In this document: piece after piece, positions 47,125-56,764 of the stretch
Numbering within the stretch: the stretch's first letter is position 1
Layout: each line of letters begins with the position of its first letter
Assembly: GCA_965369375.1 (NCBI GenBank)
Contig: CBDUQN010000002.1
Location: 36,966 to 100,965, forward strand
Source: an uncultured bacterium
GTDB lineage: Bacteria > Krumholzibacteriota > Krumholzibacteriia > Krumholzibacteriales > Krumholzibacteriaceae
Length of the DNA stretch: 64,000 nucleotides
Reading direction: 5' to 3'
Position numbers and translations under genes: made by a program
The notes under the pieces: model-generated
Seen by the model: the letters and a program-made list of their open reading frames with translations, nothing else
What the model was told of the DNA's origin: nothing
Databases searched by the model: none

Positions 47125-47568
47125 ATGAAGTCTATTTCACTGGTAATGATCTTGATCGCAATTGCCGCAGGGGGTTGCTCCTGGGTGACATCGAGTGAAC
47201 GGGCGAGTCTCACGAGGCCACAGTCGAGAGAGGAGTATATTACGACCCATCATGATGGTGCGTATAACGATTACATCAGAAACGGTGAGATAACGAAGGG
47301 GATGAATACGCATGAAATTCTTGCTTCTTGGGGATTTCCGAATGCGTATCTCGCATCGAAAAAAGATTCGCGGGAGCATTGGATCTACTATGTGCAAAAC
47401 GAGGATTCGAGATCATATATAACCTACACGCTCAACTTTTCCGGCGAGGTTCTTGCTGGGTGGGCCATCGATATCAAGAGATTTAACGACTACGGCTCCG
47501 GCGGGTCGATCGTCCTGAAGCAGGAGATTCCAGCCGAAGAAAACCGTGTATTTCGAAAGAAGAATTAG
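47125..47568 (+). CDS. BamE/SmpA-OmlA-like outer membrane lipoprotein
   Basis: Lipobox VMILIAIAAGGCS. ITKGMNTHEILASWGFPN...HWIYY resembles the SmpA_OmlA domain. About 147 aa. GC lower than the window average. Confidence 0.45.
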   Translation: MKSISLVMILIAIAAGGCSWVTSSERASLTRPQSREEYITTHHDGAYNDYIRNGEITKGMNTHEILASWGFPNAYLASKKDSREHWIYYVQNEDSRSYITYTLNFSGEVLAGWAIDIKRFNDYGSGGSIVLKQEIPAEENRVFRKKN

Positions 47569-47574
47569 GGTTCG

Positions 47575-47637
47575 GGGCGCCCATTCCACGGAATTGATTT
47601 GAAGAGGTTAAAGGGTGACGAATCGAAGGGCGCCCCT
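47575..47637 (+). other. GC-clamped long-loop inverted repeat (GGGGCGCCC ... GGGCGCCCC, 9-bp arms, about 45-nt loop containing an inner ATTCC/GGAAT hairpin), followed by a pyrimidine-rich, T-rich tract
   Basis: Read directly 7 nt after the lipoprotein stop, about 130 nt upstream of hsp20. Terminator-like or regulatory structure. Confidence 0.35.
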
Positions 47638-47767
47638 TCCCGCTGCAGCCCTTCCTTTTTAAAATTGACTTTCTAATTTCCCTTCTCTATTCTAAAATTC
47701 GATATTTATTAAAGATACTTCTTCAAACGGTATTTCTTACACGGTTTGAGCGAGGGGTGAAGCGCTC

Positions 47768-48190
47768 ATGGCACGAGATGAGCATGATTCTTTAGAGGAG
47801 ATATTCAAGATCTGGGATTCGGAACGGCCCGGGAGCGGACGGATGAAAGTGCAGTCGGAGTTAACGTGGGAACCGGCGGTCGACGTTATCGAAACGGATG
47901 AAGAGCTCATCGCAATTGTCGAGATAGCCGGCATGAACGGTAAGGACATCGATGTCGTGACGGATGGCAATGTTCTCAGAATCAGCGGCCTGCGCAAGGC
48001 CGACGGCCCCGGCGGGAGGAAGCAGTTTCACACGCTCGAGATACGGGTCGGGCGGTTCCTGCGTGAGATCCCGATACCCGTGCGGGTGGACCATTCCAAG
48101 GTTACGGCGAGCTACAATAACGGTATGCTGGAAGTGAGAATCCGCAAGATAAAACAGAGCAGGCATGTCAGGAGAGTAGAGATCGATTGA
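47768..48190 (+). CDS. Hsp20 / alpha-crystallin family small heat-shock protein
   Basis: Alpha-crystallin domain (PAVDVIETDEELIAIVEIAGMNGKDIDV...GMLEVRIRKI), 140 aa. Confidence 0.85.
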   Translation: MARDEHDSLEEIFKIWDSERPGSGRMKVQSELTWEPAVDVIETDEELIAIVEIAGMNGKDIDVVTDGNVLRISGLRKADGPGGRKQFHTLEIRVGRFLREIPIPVRVDHSKVTASYNNGMLEVRIRKIKQSRHVRRVEID

Positions 48191-48207
48191 TCTCGTTACC
48201 TCTCGAT

Positions 48208-50619
48208 ATGAAAGGTGGGGGTATCGTGTCGAAAGACCGGGACAACAACGATCTCCTTCGGGAAATCCCCGAGGAGTTGGCAATTATTCCTGTCAACGAT
48301 GCAGTGGTCTTTCCCTATATGCTGATACCGCTCTTGATAACGGACGGTAACCTGATTCGGCTCGTTGACGAAGCCCTCGCAGAAAGCAAGATAGTCGGTG
48401 TTTGTACTCAGATTGACAGCTCGATCGAGCATCCGGGACCAGATGACATATTCACCGTTGGATGCGCTATTCTCATACAAAAGATGTCGCGTTTGCCCGA
48501 GGGTCACGTGCGGATTATCGGCCAGGGGCTCGCGCGCATCGAGATCGCAACGGTTATCGACGACATGCCGTTTATCCGGGCGCGAACGAAGATTCTCACC
48601 GAGCCCGAGAGAAGTGACGACCGGACGAAAGCCATGATGCGCAACGTGGTCAATGCGTTCATGAAGATAATTGACACTTCCGAAGGTATCCCTGACGAGA
48701 TCAGGAGCATTACTCGAAATCTGAAATCGGCGGGAAGGCTCGCTGATGTCCTCTCGGTGAACCTCAGCATGGAGATCGAGGAAAAGCAGAAGGTCCTCGA
48801 GATCATCGATCCCGCTCAGAGGCTCGCGTACGTCTATGAGTTCATCAATAACGAACTGGAGATACTGCGTATCGGGGAGAAGATCAAGAAGGACGTGCGC
48901 AGAGAGATGGACCGCGAGCAGCGCGAGTATTATCTCAGGCAGCAGATGAAAGTGATTCAGCGGGAGCTCGGTGACGAGGACACTGCCGTAGAGATGGAGG
49001 AGCTCAAAATCCAGATCGAAAAGATCGAAATGCCTGAGATCGCGCAGAGAGCGGCCATGAAAGAGTGGAACAGGCTTCAGAGAATGTCCGAGAATGCAGC
49101 CGAGTATAGCGTGGCGCGCACCTACATCGACTGGATTCTCGAGCTCCCGTGGGAGGAGTCCACCGAGGACGTTATCGATATCGAACAGGCGCGAAAGATC
49201 CTGAACAGGGATCACTACGATCTCGATCAGGTCAAGGAGCGGATACTAGAATTTCTGTCGGTGAAGAAACTCATGGCGAGCACAAAGGGCTCTATCCTCT
49301 GTTTCGTCGGGCCTCCCGGCGTCGGCAAGACATCCCTCGGGAGAAGTATTGCGTCTGCGCTCGGGCGAAAATTTATCAGGATTTCGCTCGGCGGCGTGAA
49401 GGATGAAGCCGAGATTCGCGGGCACCGGCGCACATACATCGGAGCGCTTCCCGGTCGCGTCATACAGGGTATCCGGACGGCGGGGAGCAACAATCCCGTC
49501 TTCATGCTCGACGAGATCGACAAGCTGGGAAGCGATTTCAGAGGTGATCCATCCTCCGCCCTGCTCGAAGTGCTCGATCCGGAGCACAACCGGACGTTCG
49601 AGGATCACTATATAAATCTGCCCTTCGATCTCTCCCGTGTAATGTTTATCACGACGGCGAACGTGCGGGACACCATTCCGGACCCGTTACTCGATCGAAT
49701 GGAGGTTCTCGATCTGCCGGGATACATCGGCACTGAGAAGATACGGATCGCGCGGCGGTATCTCATACCGAGGCAGTTCGAGGACAATGGTATCTCGAAA
49801 ACGAAACTGAATATTTCGGATGACGCGGTTCGGACGATTGTCGAGCGGTACACGAGGGAAGCAGGCGTGAGAGAGCTCGAACGGAAGATAGCCGGTATAG
49901 CCAGGAAGACGGCGAGGAAGCTCGTTGAAGGCAAGCGGGGTCCGTACCGGGTTACGGCTAGGAATATAAAGGCGTACCTCGGCCCGGAGGATTATCCCGA
50001 GCAGGAAAAATTACCGAGGCCCGAGGTCGGCGTTGCTACCGGGATGGCCAAGTCCAGGGCGGGAGGCGTCATACTCTTTGTCGAAGCATTGAAAATGAGC
50101 GGACAGGGAAAGCTGAAGATGACCGGTCATCTCGGTGAGGTGATGAAGGAATCGGCGGAAGCGGCGTTGAGCTATGTCAAGGCGAGGTTCAGCGGTGATT
50201 CGATGCAGACGGGATTTTTCGAGAAGAACGATATTCACCTCCATATTCCGGCCGGCGCGGTGCCGAAGGACGGGCCGAGTGCCGGTATAGCCATCGCTAC
50301 GGCTCTGGCCTCGCTTGCGTTGGAGCGACATGTGCGCAACGATGTCGCCATGACCGGTGAAGTAACGCTTACCGGCAAGATTTTGCCCGTTGGATCGATA
50401 AAGGACAAAGTTATAGCGGCTCACAGGGCCGGTATCAAGGAGATCATTCTTCCGGCGTCGAATAAAAAGGATCTCGAAGAGATTCCGGGAGAGATAAAGC
50501 GGGGGCTTACCTTCAGCTTCGTAGACAAGATCGAGGACGGGATTGCAATTGCTCTCGATGACAGGAAGTCAAGGGGAGGAGCCCGCACAAAGAGGAAGCG
50601 CAGATATGCGAGGATCTAA
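48208..50619 (+). CDS. lon: ATP-dependent protease Lon (La)
   Basis: LON N-domain, AAA+ module (GPPGVGKTSLGRSIA) and a C-terminal Ser-Lys protease domain (PKDGPSAGIAIATAL...). Start ATG 48208 (the tool begins at 48187). Confidence 0.95.
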   Translation: MKGGGIVSKDRDNNDLLREIPEELAIIPVNDAVVFPYMLIPLLITDGNLIRLVDEALAESKIVGVCTQIDSSIEHPGPDDIFTVGCAILIQKMSRLPEGHVRIIGQGLARIEIATVIDDMPFIRARTKILTEPERSDDRTKAMMRNVVNAFMKIIDTSEGIPDEIRSITRNLKSAGRLADVLSVNLSMEIEEKQKVLEIIDPAQRLAYVYEFINNELEILRIGEKIKKDVRREMDREQREYYLRQQMKVIQRELGDEDTAVEMEELKIQIEKIEMPEIAQRAAMKEWNRLQRMSENAAEYSVARTYIDWILELPWEESTEDVIDIEQARKILNRDHYDLDQVKERILEFLSVKKLMASTKGSILCFVGPPGVGKTSLGRSIASALGRKFIRISLGGVKDEAEIRGHRRTYIGALPGRVIQGIRTAGSNNPVFMLDEIDKLGSDFRGDPSSALLEVLDPEHNRTFEDHYINLPFDLSRVMFITTANVRDTIPDPLLDRMEVLDLPGYIGTEKIRIARRYLIPRQFEDNGISKTKLNISDDAVRTIVERYTREAGVRELERKIAGIARKTARKLVEGKRGPYRVTARNIKAYLGPEDYPEQEKLPRPEVGVATGMAKSRAGGVILFVEALKMSGQGKLKMTGHLGEVMKESAEAALSYVKARFSGDSMQTGFFEKNDIHLHIPAGAVPKDGPSAGIAIATALASLALERHVRNDVAMTGEVTLTGKILPVGSIKDKVIAAHRAGIKEIILPASNKKDLEEIPGEIKRGLTFSFVDKIEDGIAIALDDRKSRGGARTKRKRRYARI

Positions 50620-50689
50620 CAACAGGGAATATTTCCTGACAAGGATTGTCTCTTTCATATTAAGAAGAACGGGGAAGGGCCGGTCCTTT

Positions 50690-51697
50690 ATGATACCGAA
50701 GGATGTCGTCGAATCCGACCGTCTCCTCCTCATCGATTCCGGCGATGCGACGGATCTTTTGTTCGCCGCACCCGTTATCAACTATTTTCACAGCAATCAT
50801 CCCTCGATAAAGACGACGTTCATCGTTGAGGGAAAGAATGCAGAAATCGTCAAGGACATGATCCACGTCCACCGGATCATAACGTACGAGCGGAACCAGC
50901 TGAGACTGTTCCGGGCGGATTACCTTGCGTTGATTCGGAAACTCAAACGGCAGTCGATGGAGACGGCGATTATTCTCTGCCGTCGGTTCTCGCTCGAGAG
51001 GTATCTGCTCGCATTCGCCTGCGGAGCGAGAATTCGCATCGGTTTCGCTCATCCGCTCGCGTTTCCGTTTCTCAACTGCGAGATTCGTGTATCGGAGGAC
51101 GGATATGAAGGCAACAAGATGTCAGAGCTTCTTCGTAACATCGGATTGAAAATGGACGGGAAGATCGAGCCTATGAGTCTCTCCCAGAAACAGACGAAAC
51201 ACGCCCGCCAGTTGATACATTTCAGAAAGCCCGAGAAGGAATGTCTGATGGTTGGAATCGACCCGAGCCGGGGAAAAACGAAACACCAAGTGATACCTGA
51301 GATCATTGCGTACCTGGCGAACAATCTGGCGAGCCGCAGAAAGGTCAAGTTTCTCATTCTCGCCGATCCGTGGGAGGAGAGGGTGGTACGCACCCTGACC
51401 GGTGAATTGAAGGGTGAGGTGGTCGATCTCAAGCCCGCCGACGTCAATGATGCTGTTGCGTTCATGTCCCAGTGCGATCTCTTTCTATCGGGCAATACGA
51501 ACCTGTTCCATTTCGCCGCCGCCCTTCGTGTTCCCACTATCGGTCTTTTTACAAAGTACGACGATTCCAGGTGGATTCCTTCACATACCGAGAATGTGCG
51601 GATCTTCAAGGGAATGCGAGGTGAAAAGCTCTCCCTGAAAGACTTCTTCACCAAGGTCGAAGAGGTGCTCTCCACAGAAGAAAATGTTTCAGTGTAA
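50690..51697 (+). CDS. GT9 glycosyltransferase (ADP-heptose:LPS heptosyltransferase family)
   Basis: N-terminal LLLIDSGDATDLLFAAPVI pattern and GT-B C-terminal half typical of GT9. Start uncertain (50606 or 50690). Confidence 0.65.
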   Translation: MIPKDVVESDRLLLIDSGDATDLLFAAPVINYFHSNHPSIKTTFIVEGKNAEIVKDMIHVHRIITYERNQLRLFRADYLALIRKLKRQSMETAIILCRRFSLERYLLAFACGARIRIGFAHPLAFPFLNCEIRVSEDGYEGNKMSELLRNIGLKMDGKIEPMSLSQKQTKHARQLIHFRKPEKECLMVGIDPSRGKTKHQVIPEIIAYLANNLASRRKVKFLILADPWEERVVRTLTGELKGEVVDLKPADVNDAVAFMSQCDLFLSGNTNLFHFAAALRVPTIGLFTKYDDSRWIPSHTENVRIFKGMRGEKLSLKDFFTKVEEVLSTEENVSV

Positions 51698-51721
51698 AGT
51701 GGCTGCCATCATACAGGGAAT

Positions 51722-53584
51722 TTGATCATGGGTGATCAGAGTACCGGGAAAATATATTTCAGGCTCTTGAGCTACCTTGCTCCCTTCTGGAAACGAGTAA
51801 TCGTGCTCTTCATTTGCACGACGATCTTCGCATGCCTCAACGGCGTTTCTCTCACGCTTATTCCTCCGTTCTTGCACATACTCTTCGGTTCCCAGCCGAC
51901 CGAAGTGGTGGAAGAGTCGGAAAAGAAGGATGACGGCGTGCCGCTTCCCGACCAGATCGAGAGCCGCATAGACGGTGTAGTCGCTTTTGCAAAAGGCATC
52001 ATATACGAAGGAGAGCCGATCGAGCGGCTCGCAAGGTTTTGCGTCATATTCCTCGCGTTGATGCTTATCAAGAATTTTTTCGGATATGTGAGCACATATC
52101 TGACAATCTATCTCGAGCAATCCGTTCTGTACCGTATTAGAAACGATCTCTACGGCAAGATACAGGTTCTGCCGCTATCGTTCTTCGACAAACAGCGAAC
52201 GGGTCATCTCATCTCCCGGATCACCAATGATGTAACGAACCTGCGTGGGGCGGTCGTCGGCGGCATGGCGAGCATCGTACGCAACGGATTCATGACGTTG
52301 ATTGCAATAGGGATCATTTTTTACACGTCGTGGCGGCTTTCCCTGCTCACGATCATTGTCGTGCCGCTCAATATACTGCTCATCGCGATCATTAGCCGGA
52401 AGCTGAGAAAGGGGAGCCGCAGGTCGCAGGAGCGCATGGCGGATGTGACGTCCGTGTTGCAGGAGACGATATCCGGGGTGCGGGTCGTGAAGGCATTCGG
52501 GATGGAGGACTTCGAAAAGACCAAGTTCAATATGTTCAATCTGCGGTATCTGGGAGAGTATCTGAAGATGAGGCGTATCGCAGCGCTCGCTTCGCCGACG
52601 AGCGAGACCCTCGGAACATTCGCCAGCGTCGTGATCCTCTGGTACGGAGGAAGGCTTGTTATAGCTGAACATCTCGATCCTGCGAGTCTCATGATGTTCA
52701 TCGGCGCCATGCTGTGGGTAATCACGCCGATCAAGAACCTGAGCAAGTTGAACAATGCGATACAGGAGGGAATGGCGTGCGGCCAGCGGATTTTTCAGAT
52801 AATCGATATTGATTCCGAGACGAAGGATTCAGGAGAAATCGAAATCGGATCGCTCTCCGATTCAATCGTCTACGATGACATTTCCTTCAGTTACGGCGAG
52901 GATATCGAGGTCTTGCGGCACGTGAGCTTCACGATACACAAGGGGGAGTCCGTGGCGATCGTGGGCCCGAGCGGAGCGGGAAAATCGACGATTGCAGATC
53001 TCCTGCCGCGTTTCTACAGGCCCACCGGGGGCAGGATTCTGATCGACGGTAATGATCTAGCCGATATCAGGCTCCAATCTCTCCGGAAGCTCCTCGGCAT
53101 CGTCACGCAGGAGACGATTCTCTTCAACGACACGGTGTTCAACAATATCGCATACGGCAAGGAGGAATGCCCGAAGGAGGATGTAATCCGCGCGGCGCAA
53201 GCGGCGAATGCCCATGAATTCATAGTTGCGATGCCCAACGGATATGAAACGTTTATCGGTGACCGCGGTGTGCAGCTCTCCGGCGGACAGCGGCAGCGGC
53301 TCGCGATCGCGAGGGCGCTTCTCAAGAATCCGCAGATCCTCCTTCTCGACGAAGCTACGAGCTCCCTCGATGTCGAAAGTGAGGCGCTCGTACAGGAAGC
53401 GATCGATCGTTTGATGAAGGGGCGTACGAATCTGGTGATTGCGCACCGGCTGTCGACGATCAGGAGCGCAGACAAGATAATCGTCGTAGAAGACGGTAAG
53501 ATCAAGCAGATCGGCAATCATGAGGAGTTGATCGGTGAGGAAGGGACATACCGGAAGCTCTACCACCTGCAATTCCGGACGTAA
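51722..53584 (+). CDS. msbA: Lipid A / lipid exporter ABC transporter MsbA-like (fused permease-ATPase)
   Basis: Six-TM N-terminal domain plus NBD with Walker A GPSGAGKST, LSGGQRQRLAIARAL, ILLLDEATSSLD. 620 aa, embedded in LPS core genes. Confidence 0.8.
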   Translation: MIMGDQSTGKIYFRLLSYLAPFWKRVIVLFICTTIFACLNGVSLTLIPPFLHILFGSQPTEVVEESEKKDDGVPLPDQIESRIDGVVAFAKGIIYEGEPIERLARFCVIFLALMLIKNFFGYVSTYLTIYLEQSVLYRIRNDLYGKIQVLPLSFFDKQRTGHLISRITNDVTNLRGAVVGGMASIVRNGFMTLIAIGIIFYTSWRLSLLTIIVVPLNILLIAIISRKLRKGSRRSQERMADVTSVLQETISGVRVVKAFGMEDFEKTKFNMFNLRYLGEYLKMRRIAALASPTSETLGTFASVVILWYGGRLVIAEHLDPASLMMFIGAMLWVITPIKNLSKLNNAIQEGMACGQRIFQIIDIDSETKDSGEIEIGSLSDSIVYDDISFSYGEDIEVLRHVSFTIHKGESVAIVGPSGAGKSTIADLLPRFYRPTGGRILIDGNDLADIRLQSLRKLLGIVTQETILFNDTVFNNIAYGKEECPKEDVIRAAQAANAHEFIVAMPNGYETFIGDRGVQLSGGQRQRLAIARALLKNPQILLLDEATSSLDVESEALVQEAIDRLMKGRTNLVIAHRLSTIRSADKIIVVEDGKIKQIGNHEELIGEEGTYRKLYHLQFRT

Positions 53585-54599
53585 ATCTATTCTCGTCCTT
53601 GCTCCGAATTGGCTGGGGGATGCAGTTATGGCAACCCCTTTCCTATTTATGCTGCGCTCTTTTTTCCCCGATGCGCTCGTACATGTGCTGTGCCGGTCAT
53701 ACATCGCGGAGGTGTTACGCCGATGTTCGGCCGTGGACGCGCTCTTCGGCTATGAACGAGCGGGGGGATTCCGAGGGTGGTTATCGGCGCTACGCGGCAA
53801 CAGGCCCGCCAGAGGATGGGAAATATGTTTCGTGTTGCCCGTGTCATTCTCCTCGGCCCTTCTCGCCTTTATTTCACGCGCGCGCCGGCGAATCGGCTAC
53901 GGGGGTGAGCTGAGAGGTGCTTTTCTTACCGACGTTTTGCCGCATTCCGCCTACCGGAGCCGACATCTCTCTCTCGTATACGCTCGTCTCGCGGAGCGGG
54001 CGGCCGGTAGAGAGGCGGGAGAAATCCCGCTGCCCGTAGTCGTGGCGCCCTACGAGTGGGACCAGGTGCTCGAACGGGAGAAGATCGTTGAGAGTTATTT
54101 CGTTCTCGCCCCCGGTGCCACGTACGGAATAGCAAAAGTGTGGCCGGCGGAACGGTTCGCCGCCCTGGGCGCGCGGATCGCGGCGGAGACCGGTTGGCGG
54201 GTCGTCGTCGTCGGCACGGCGGCCGAACGGGAGAACGCGTCTGCGGTGCTCGAATCTTCCGGTGTCGAGGGAAGAAACATGGCGGGTGAATGCGACGTCG
54301 GCGGGCTTCTCTGCGTCTTGCGCGGAGCGAAGCTCGTCATCGGGAACGACAGCGGTCCGGTGCATCTCTCATCCGCAATGGGCAGGCCCACAGTCGCTCT
54401 CTTCGGATCGACCGACCGGGGATGGACGGCTCCCCGGGGAGGGGCGGTGAGCATTGTTGCGGGAGAGGCGGATTGTTCTCCGTGCTTCGAGCGGGAGTGT
54501 CCGATGGGGGCCCCCCGGTGCCTGCTCGATATAACGGTTAGTGATGTTTTCGAATCAGCGATACGGCTGATTGAGGAGGGTTACCGTGACGAAGCGTGA
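53535..54599 (+). CDS. GT9 heptosyltransferase (WaaF/RfaF-like)
   Basis: Conserved N-terminal SILVLAPNWLGDAVMATP motif. The only in-frame start upstream of that motif is GTG 53535 (GAGGAG 7 nt upstream), which overlaps the msbA 3' end by 50 nt. Confidence 0.7.
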   Translation: MRKGHTGSSTTCNSGRKSILVLAPNWLGDAVMATPFLFMLRSFFPDALVHVLCRSYIAEVLRRCSAVDALFGYERAGGFRGWLSALRGNRPARGWEICFVLPVSFSSALLAFISRARRRIGYGGELRGAFLTDVLPHSAYRSRHLSLVYARLAERAAGREAGEIPLPVVVAPYEWDQVLEREKIVESYFVLAPGATYGIAKVWPAERFAALGARIAAETGWRVVVVGTAAERENASAVLESSGVEGRNMAGECDVGGLLCVLRGAKLVIGNDSGPVHLSSAMGRPTVALFGSTDRGWTAPRGGAVSIVAGEADCSPCFERECPMGAPRCLLDITVSDVFESAIRLIEEGYRDEA

Positions 54600-55599
54600 T
54601 TTGAGGTCGGCGGCGCTCGAGGCGCTCATTTCTGGCTGGAAGAACAAGCGGATCATAGTCCTCGGTGATATGATACTAGATGAGTTCGTTTTCGGCACGA
54701 CGAATCGTGTATCCCGGGAAGCCCCCATTGTCATCGTCAAGTACGATGAGAGCAGTTACGGCCTCGGCGGCGCGGCGAACGCCGTGCAAAACCTCGCCTC
54801 GCTCGGCGGATATCCGATTGCGATCGGTGTGATCGGCACGGATGCATCCGGGCTGCAGATGAAACGCTTGTTCAAAGCGAGGGGAGCCGCGGTGAGGGGA
54901 CTCGTCTCCTCGCCGTCGAGAACGACGACAACGAAGATCAGGGTGCTTGCGGGCGATTACCATGCGCAGCGCCAGCAGATTGTGAGAATAGACAAGGAAC
55001 AGGACAAACCGTTGACGGCGCGCGAGGAGGACAAGATAATCGCCGTCTTCAAAAAGGAGCTCAGACAAGCAGACGCGGCGGTATTGAGCGATTATCACCA
55101 ATCCCTCTTCACAGACCGTGTGATCGGAGAATCGATACACCTATGCAGGCGGTCCGGCATTCCGGTGATCGCGGATTCCCGGTTCAGGTTGAAGAAGTTC
55201 AAGGGCGTGACGACCGCGACGCCGAACGAGGTTGAAGCCGCTGCGGCGGTAGGGGAAGATCTCGTCGGCGACGAAGCGGTTACCCGGATCGGAAGGAAGC
55301 TCCTGAGGGCGCTTTCGGCGTCTTCCCTTCTCGTTACACGGGGAAGATACGGAATGGCTCTCTTCGAGCCGGGTAAACGGGTGAAGACGATCGAGGTGAT
55401 CGGCAGCACGGAGGCGACCGATGTTACAGGCGCCGGAGACACGGTGGCGGCGTCCGTAGCGCTGACGCTGGCTGCAGGCGGAGATATGAGCGCGGCAATG
55501 CGCATTGCAAATGTTGCCGCATCGATTGTAGTGATGAAACGTGGCACGGCGGTGGCCGAAGTCGAAGAAGTTGTCGGGCTCGTCGGCAGCCTCGGGTAA
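54586..55599 (+). CDS. hldA: D-glycero-beta-D-manno-heptose-7-phosphate kinase (HldE domain I / HldA, PfkB family)
   Basis: PfkB ribokinase-like fold with the C-terminal GAGDT motif (VTGAGDTVAAS). GTG 54586 after GGAGGG. Confidence 0.75.
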   Translation: MTKRDLRSAALEALISGWKNKRIIVLGDMILDEFVFGTTNRVSREAPIVIVKYDESSYGLGGAANAVQNLASLGGYPIAIGVIGTDASGLQMKRLFKARGAAVRGLVSSPSRTTTTKIRVLAGDYHAQRQQIVRIDKEQDKPLTAREEDKIIAVFKKELRQADAAVLSDYHQSLFTDRVIGESIHLCRRSGIPVIADSRFRLKKFKGVTTATPNEVEAAAAVGEDLVGDEAVTRIGRKLLRALSASSLLVTRGRYGMALFEPGKRVKTIEVIGSTEATDVTGAGDTVAASVALTLAAGGDMSAAMRIANVAASIVVMKRGTAVAEVEEVVGLVGSLG

Positions 55600-55621
55600 G
55601 AGGCAAGGAGCTTTATACGCA

Positions 55622-56689
55622 TTGAGAATTGCAGCTGTTCTTCCTCATATGCTCGTTTACGGCGGCGTGCGCCGCTACATCGAGCTCGGCAATGAATTTG
55701 TGTCGAGAGGGCACGAGTTCATAATCTATACGCCGGATGGAAAGCCGCCGGATTGGCTTGCCTTTTTCGGTTCCATGCGACGGCTCGATTCCATGCCGGA
55801 GCACGGGCATGATGTGATCCTCAACGGTTCACCTGAGTATGCATCATATGTCGACAGGGGAAAGGCCCGGCTGAAGATATTCTATATACAGGGTGAAAAC
55901 GTTCTCGATGAGAGGGAGATAATAACGTCGGGCCGGTACCGGATCATGGTCAATTCGTCGGGGCTTCGCAAAAAGGTTCGCAAGCGTTATTCGATCGATC
56001 CGATCGACGGCATAGGTGGGATAAATCAGAAGATTTTCAATCCGGGAGGTAACGGCGAGGCGGAAGTGTTCACCGGGGCGGCGGAAGTGTTCACCGGGGC
56101 GAAGGAATCGAATAATGGGCGTGCGGGCGCCTTCGATGGACGAACGGGATCGTTCAAGGTTCTCTGCTACGGCCGGCTGTCGAGACCGCACAAGGGAACG
56201 CGGTTCGTGATACAGGCGGTGCGATCGATGTTGCGTAAGGGATGCGACGTCGAGCTGCATCTCTTCGATTATCATACACAGGGCAATCCCGATCCCAGGA
56301 TAGGATTTCAACCGGGTGTTCCCTTCACGTTCTACATGGACCTTCCTCAATCAGCCATGGCGGCCATGTACCGGGCGGCTGATGTGTTTGTTTCCGCCGA
56401 ACATCGAACGGGTTGGTGCAACACGGGTGTGGAGGCGGTTGCGTGCGGCCTGCCGCTCGTATGCACGAGGAGCGGGACCGAGGATTTTGCGATTAATAAT
56501 GTCAGCGCCCTCGTCGTTCCGTACCGCACCTCATTCTTCGTCAAGCGCGCATTGACAAGGCTCTACCATGACCGGGAGCTGGGGGTGCGGCTCGGCGAGG
56601 AGGCACGCGGCAGAATCAGCGAGTTCACCTGGGGGAAGGTATGTGATAAGATGGAGCGATCATTCGTGGAGCTCACACGCTCCGATTGA
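55622..56689 (+). CDS. GT4-family glycosyltransferase (retaining GT-B)
   Basis: N-terminus MRIAAVLPHMLVYGGVRRYIELGNEFVSRGHEF and C-terminal E-x7-E region typical of GT4. TTG 55622 start proposed. Contains the 21-bp tandem duplication listed below. Confidence 0.65.
   Translation: MRIAAVLPHMLVYGGVRRYIELGNEFVSRGHEFIIYTPDGKPPDWLAFFGSMRRLDSMPEHGHDVILNGSPEYASYVDRGKARLKIFYIQGENVLDEREIITSGRYRIMVNSSGLRKKVRKRYSIDPIDGIGGINQKIFNPGGNGEAEVFTGAAEVFTGAKESNNGRAGAFDGRTGSFKVLCYGRLSRPHKGTRFVIQAVRSMLRKGCDVELHLFDYHTQGNPDPRIGFQPGVPFTFYMDLPQSAMAAMYRAADVFVSAEHRTGWCNTGVEAVACGLPLVCTRSGTEDFAINNVSALVVPYRTSFFVKRALTRLYHDRELGVRLGEEARGRISEFTWGKVCDKMERSFVELTRSD
56060..56101 (+). repeat. Perfect 21-bp tandem duplication (gcggaagtgttcaccggggcg x2) inside the GT4 gene, encoding AEVFTGA twice
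   Basis: Read directly; both copies identical and in frame. Confidence 0.9.
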
Positions 56690-56764
56690 GCGTCGGGTCA
56701 GCAAACAGGCTGCGTGGAGATTTCTCTGTTCGGCGGCACTATATTCGTGAAGGAAGAATCATAC

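Noticed and set aside
47016-47198. 60-aa ORF in an alternative frame across the sORF / lipoprotein junction
   Set aside because: No RBS; overlaps both the better-supported sORF frame and the lipoprotein signal peptide region.
50620-50690. Imperfect palindrome CAGGGAATATTTCCTG after lon as a terminator
   Set aside because: Arms mismatch in the centre, no following U-tract, and it may lie inside the 5' end of the next GT9 gene depending on the start choice.
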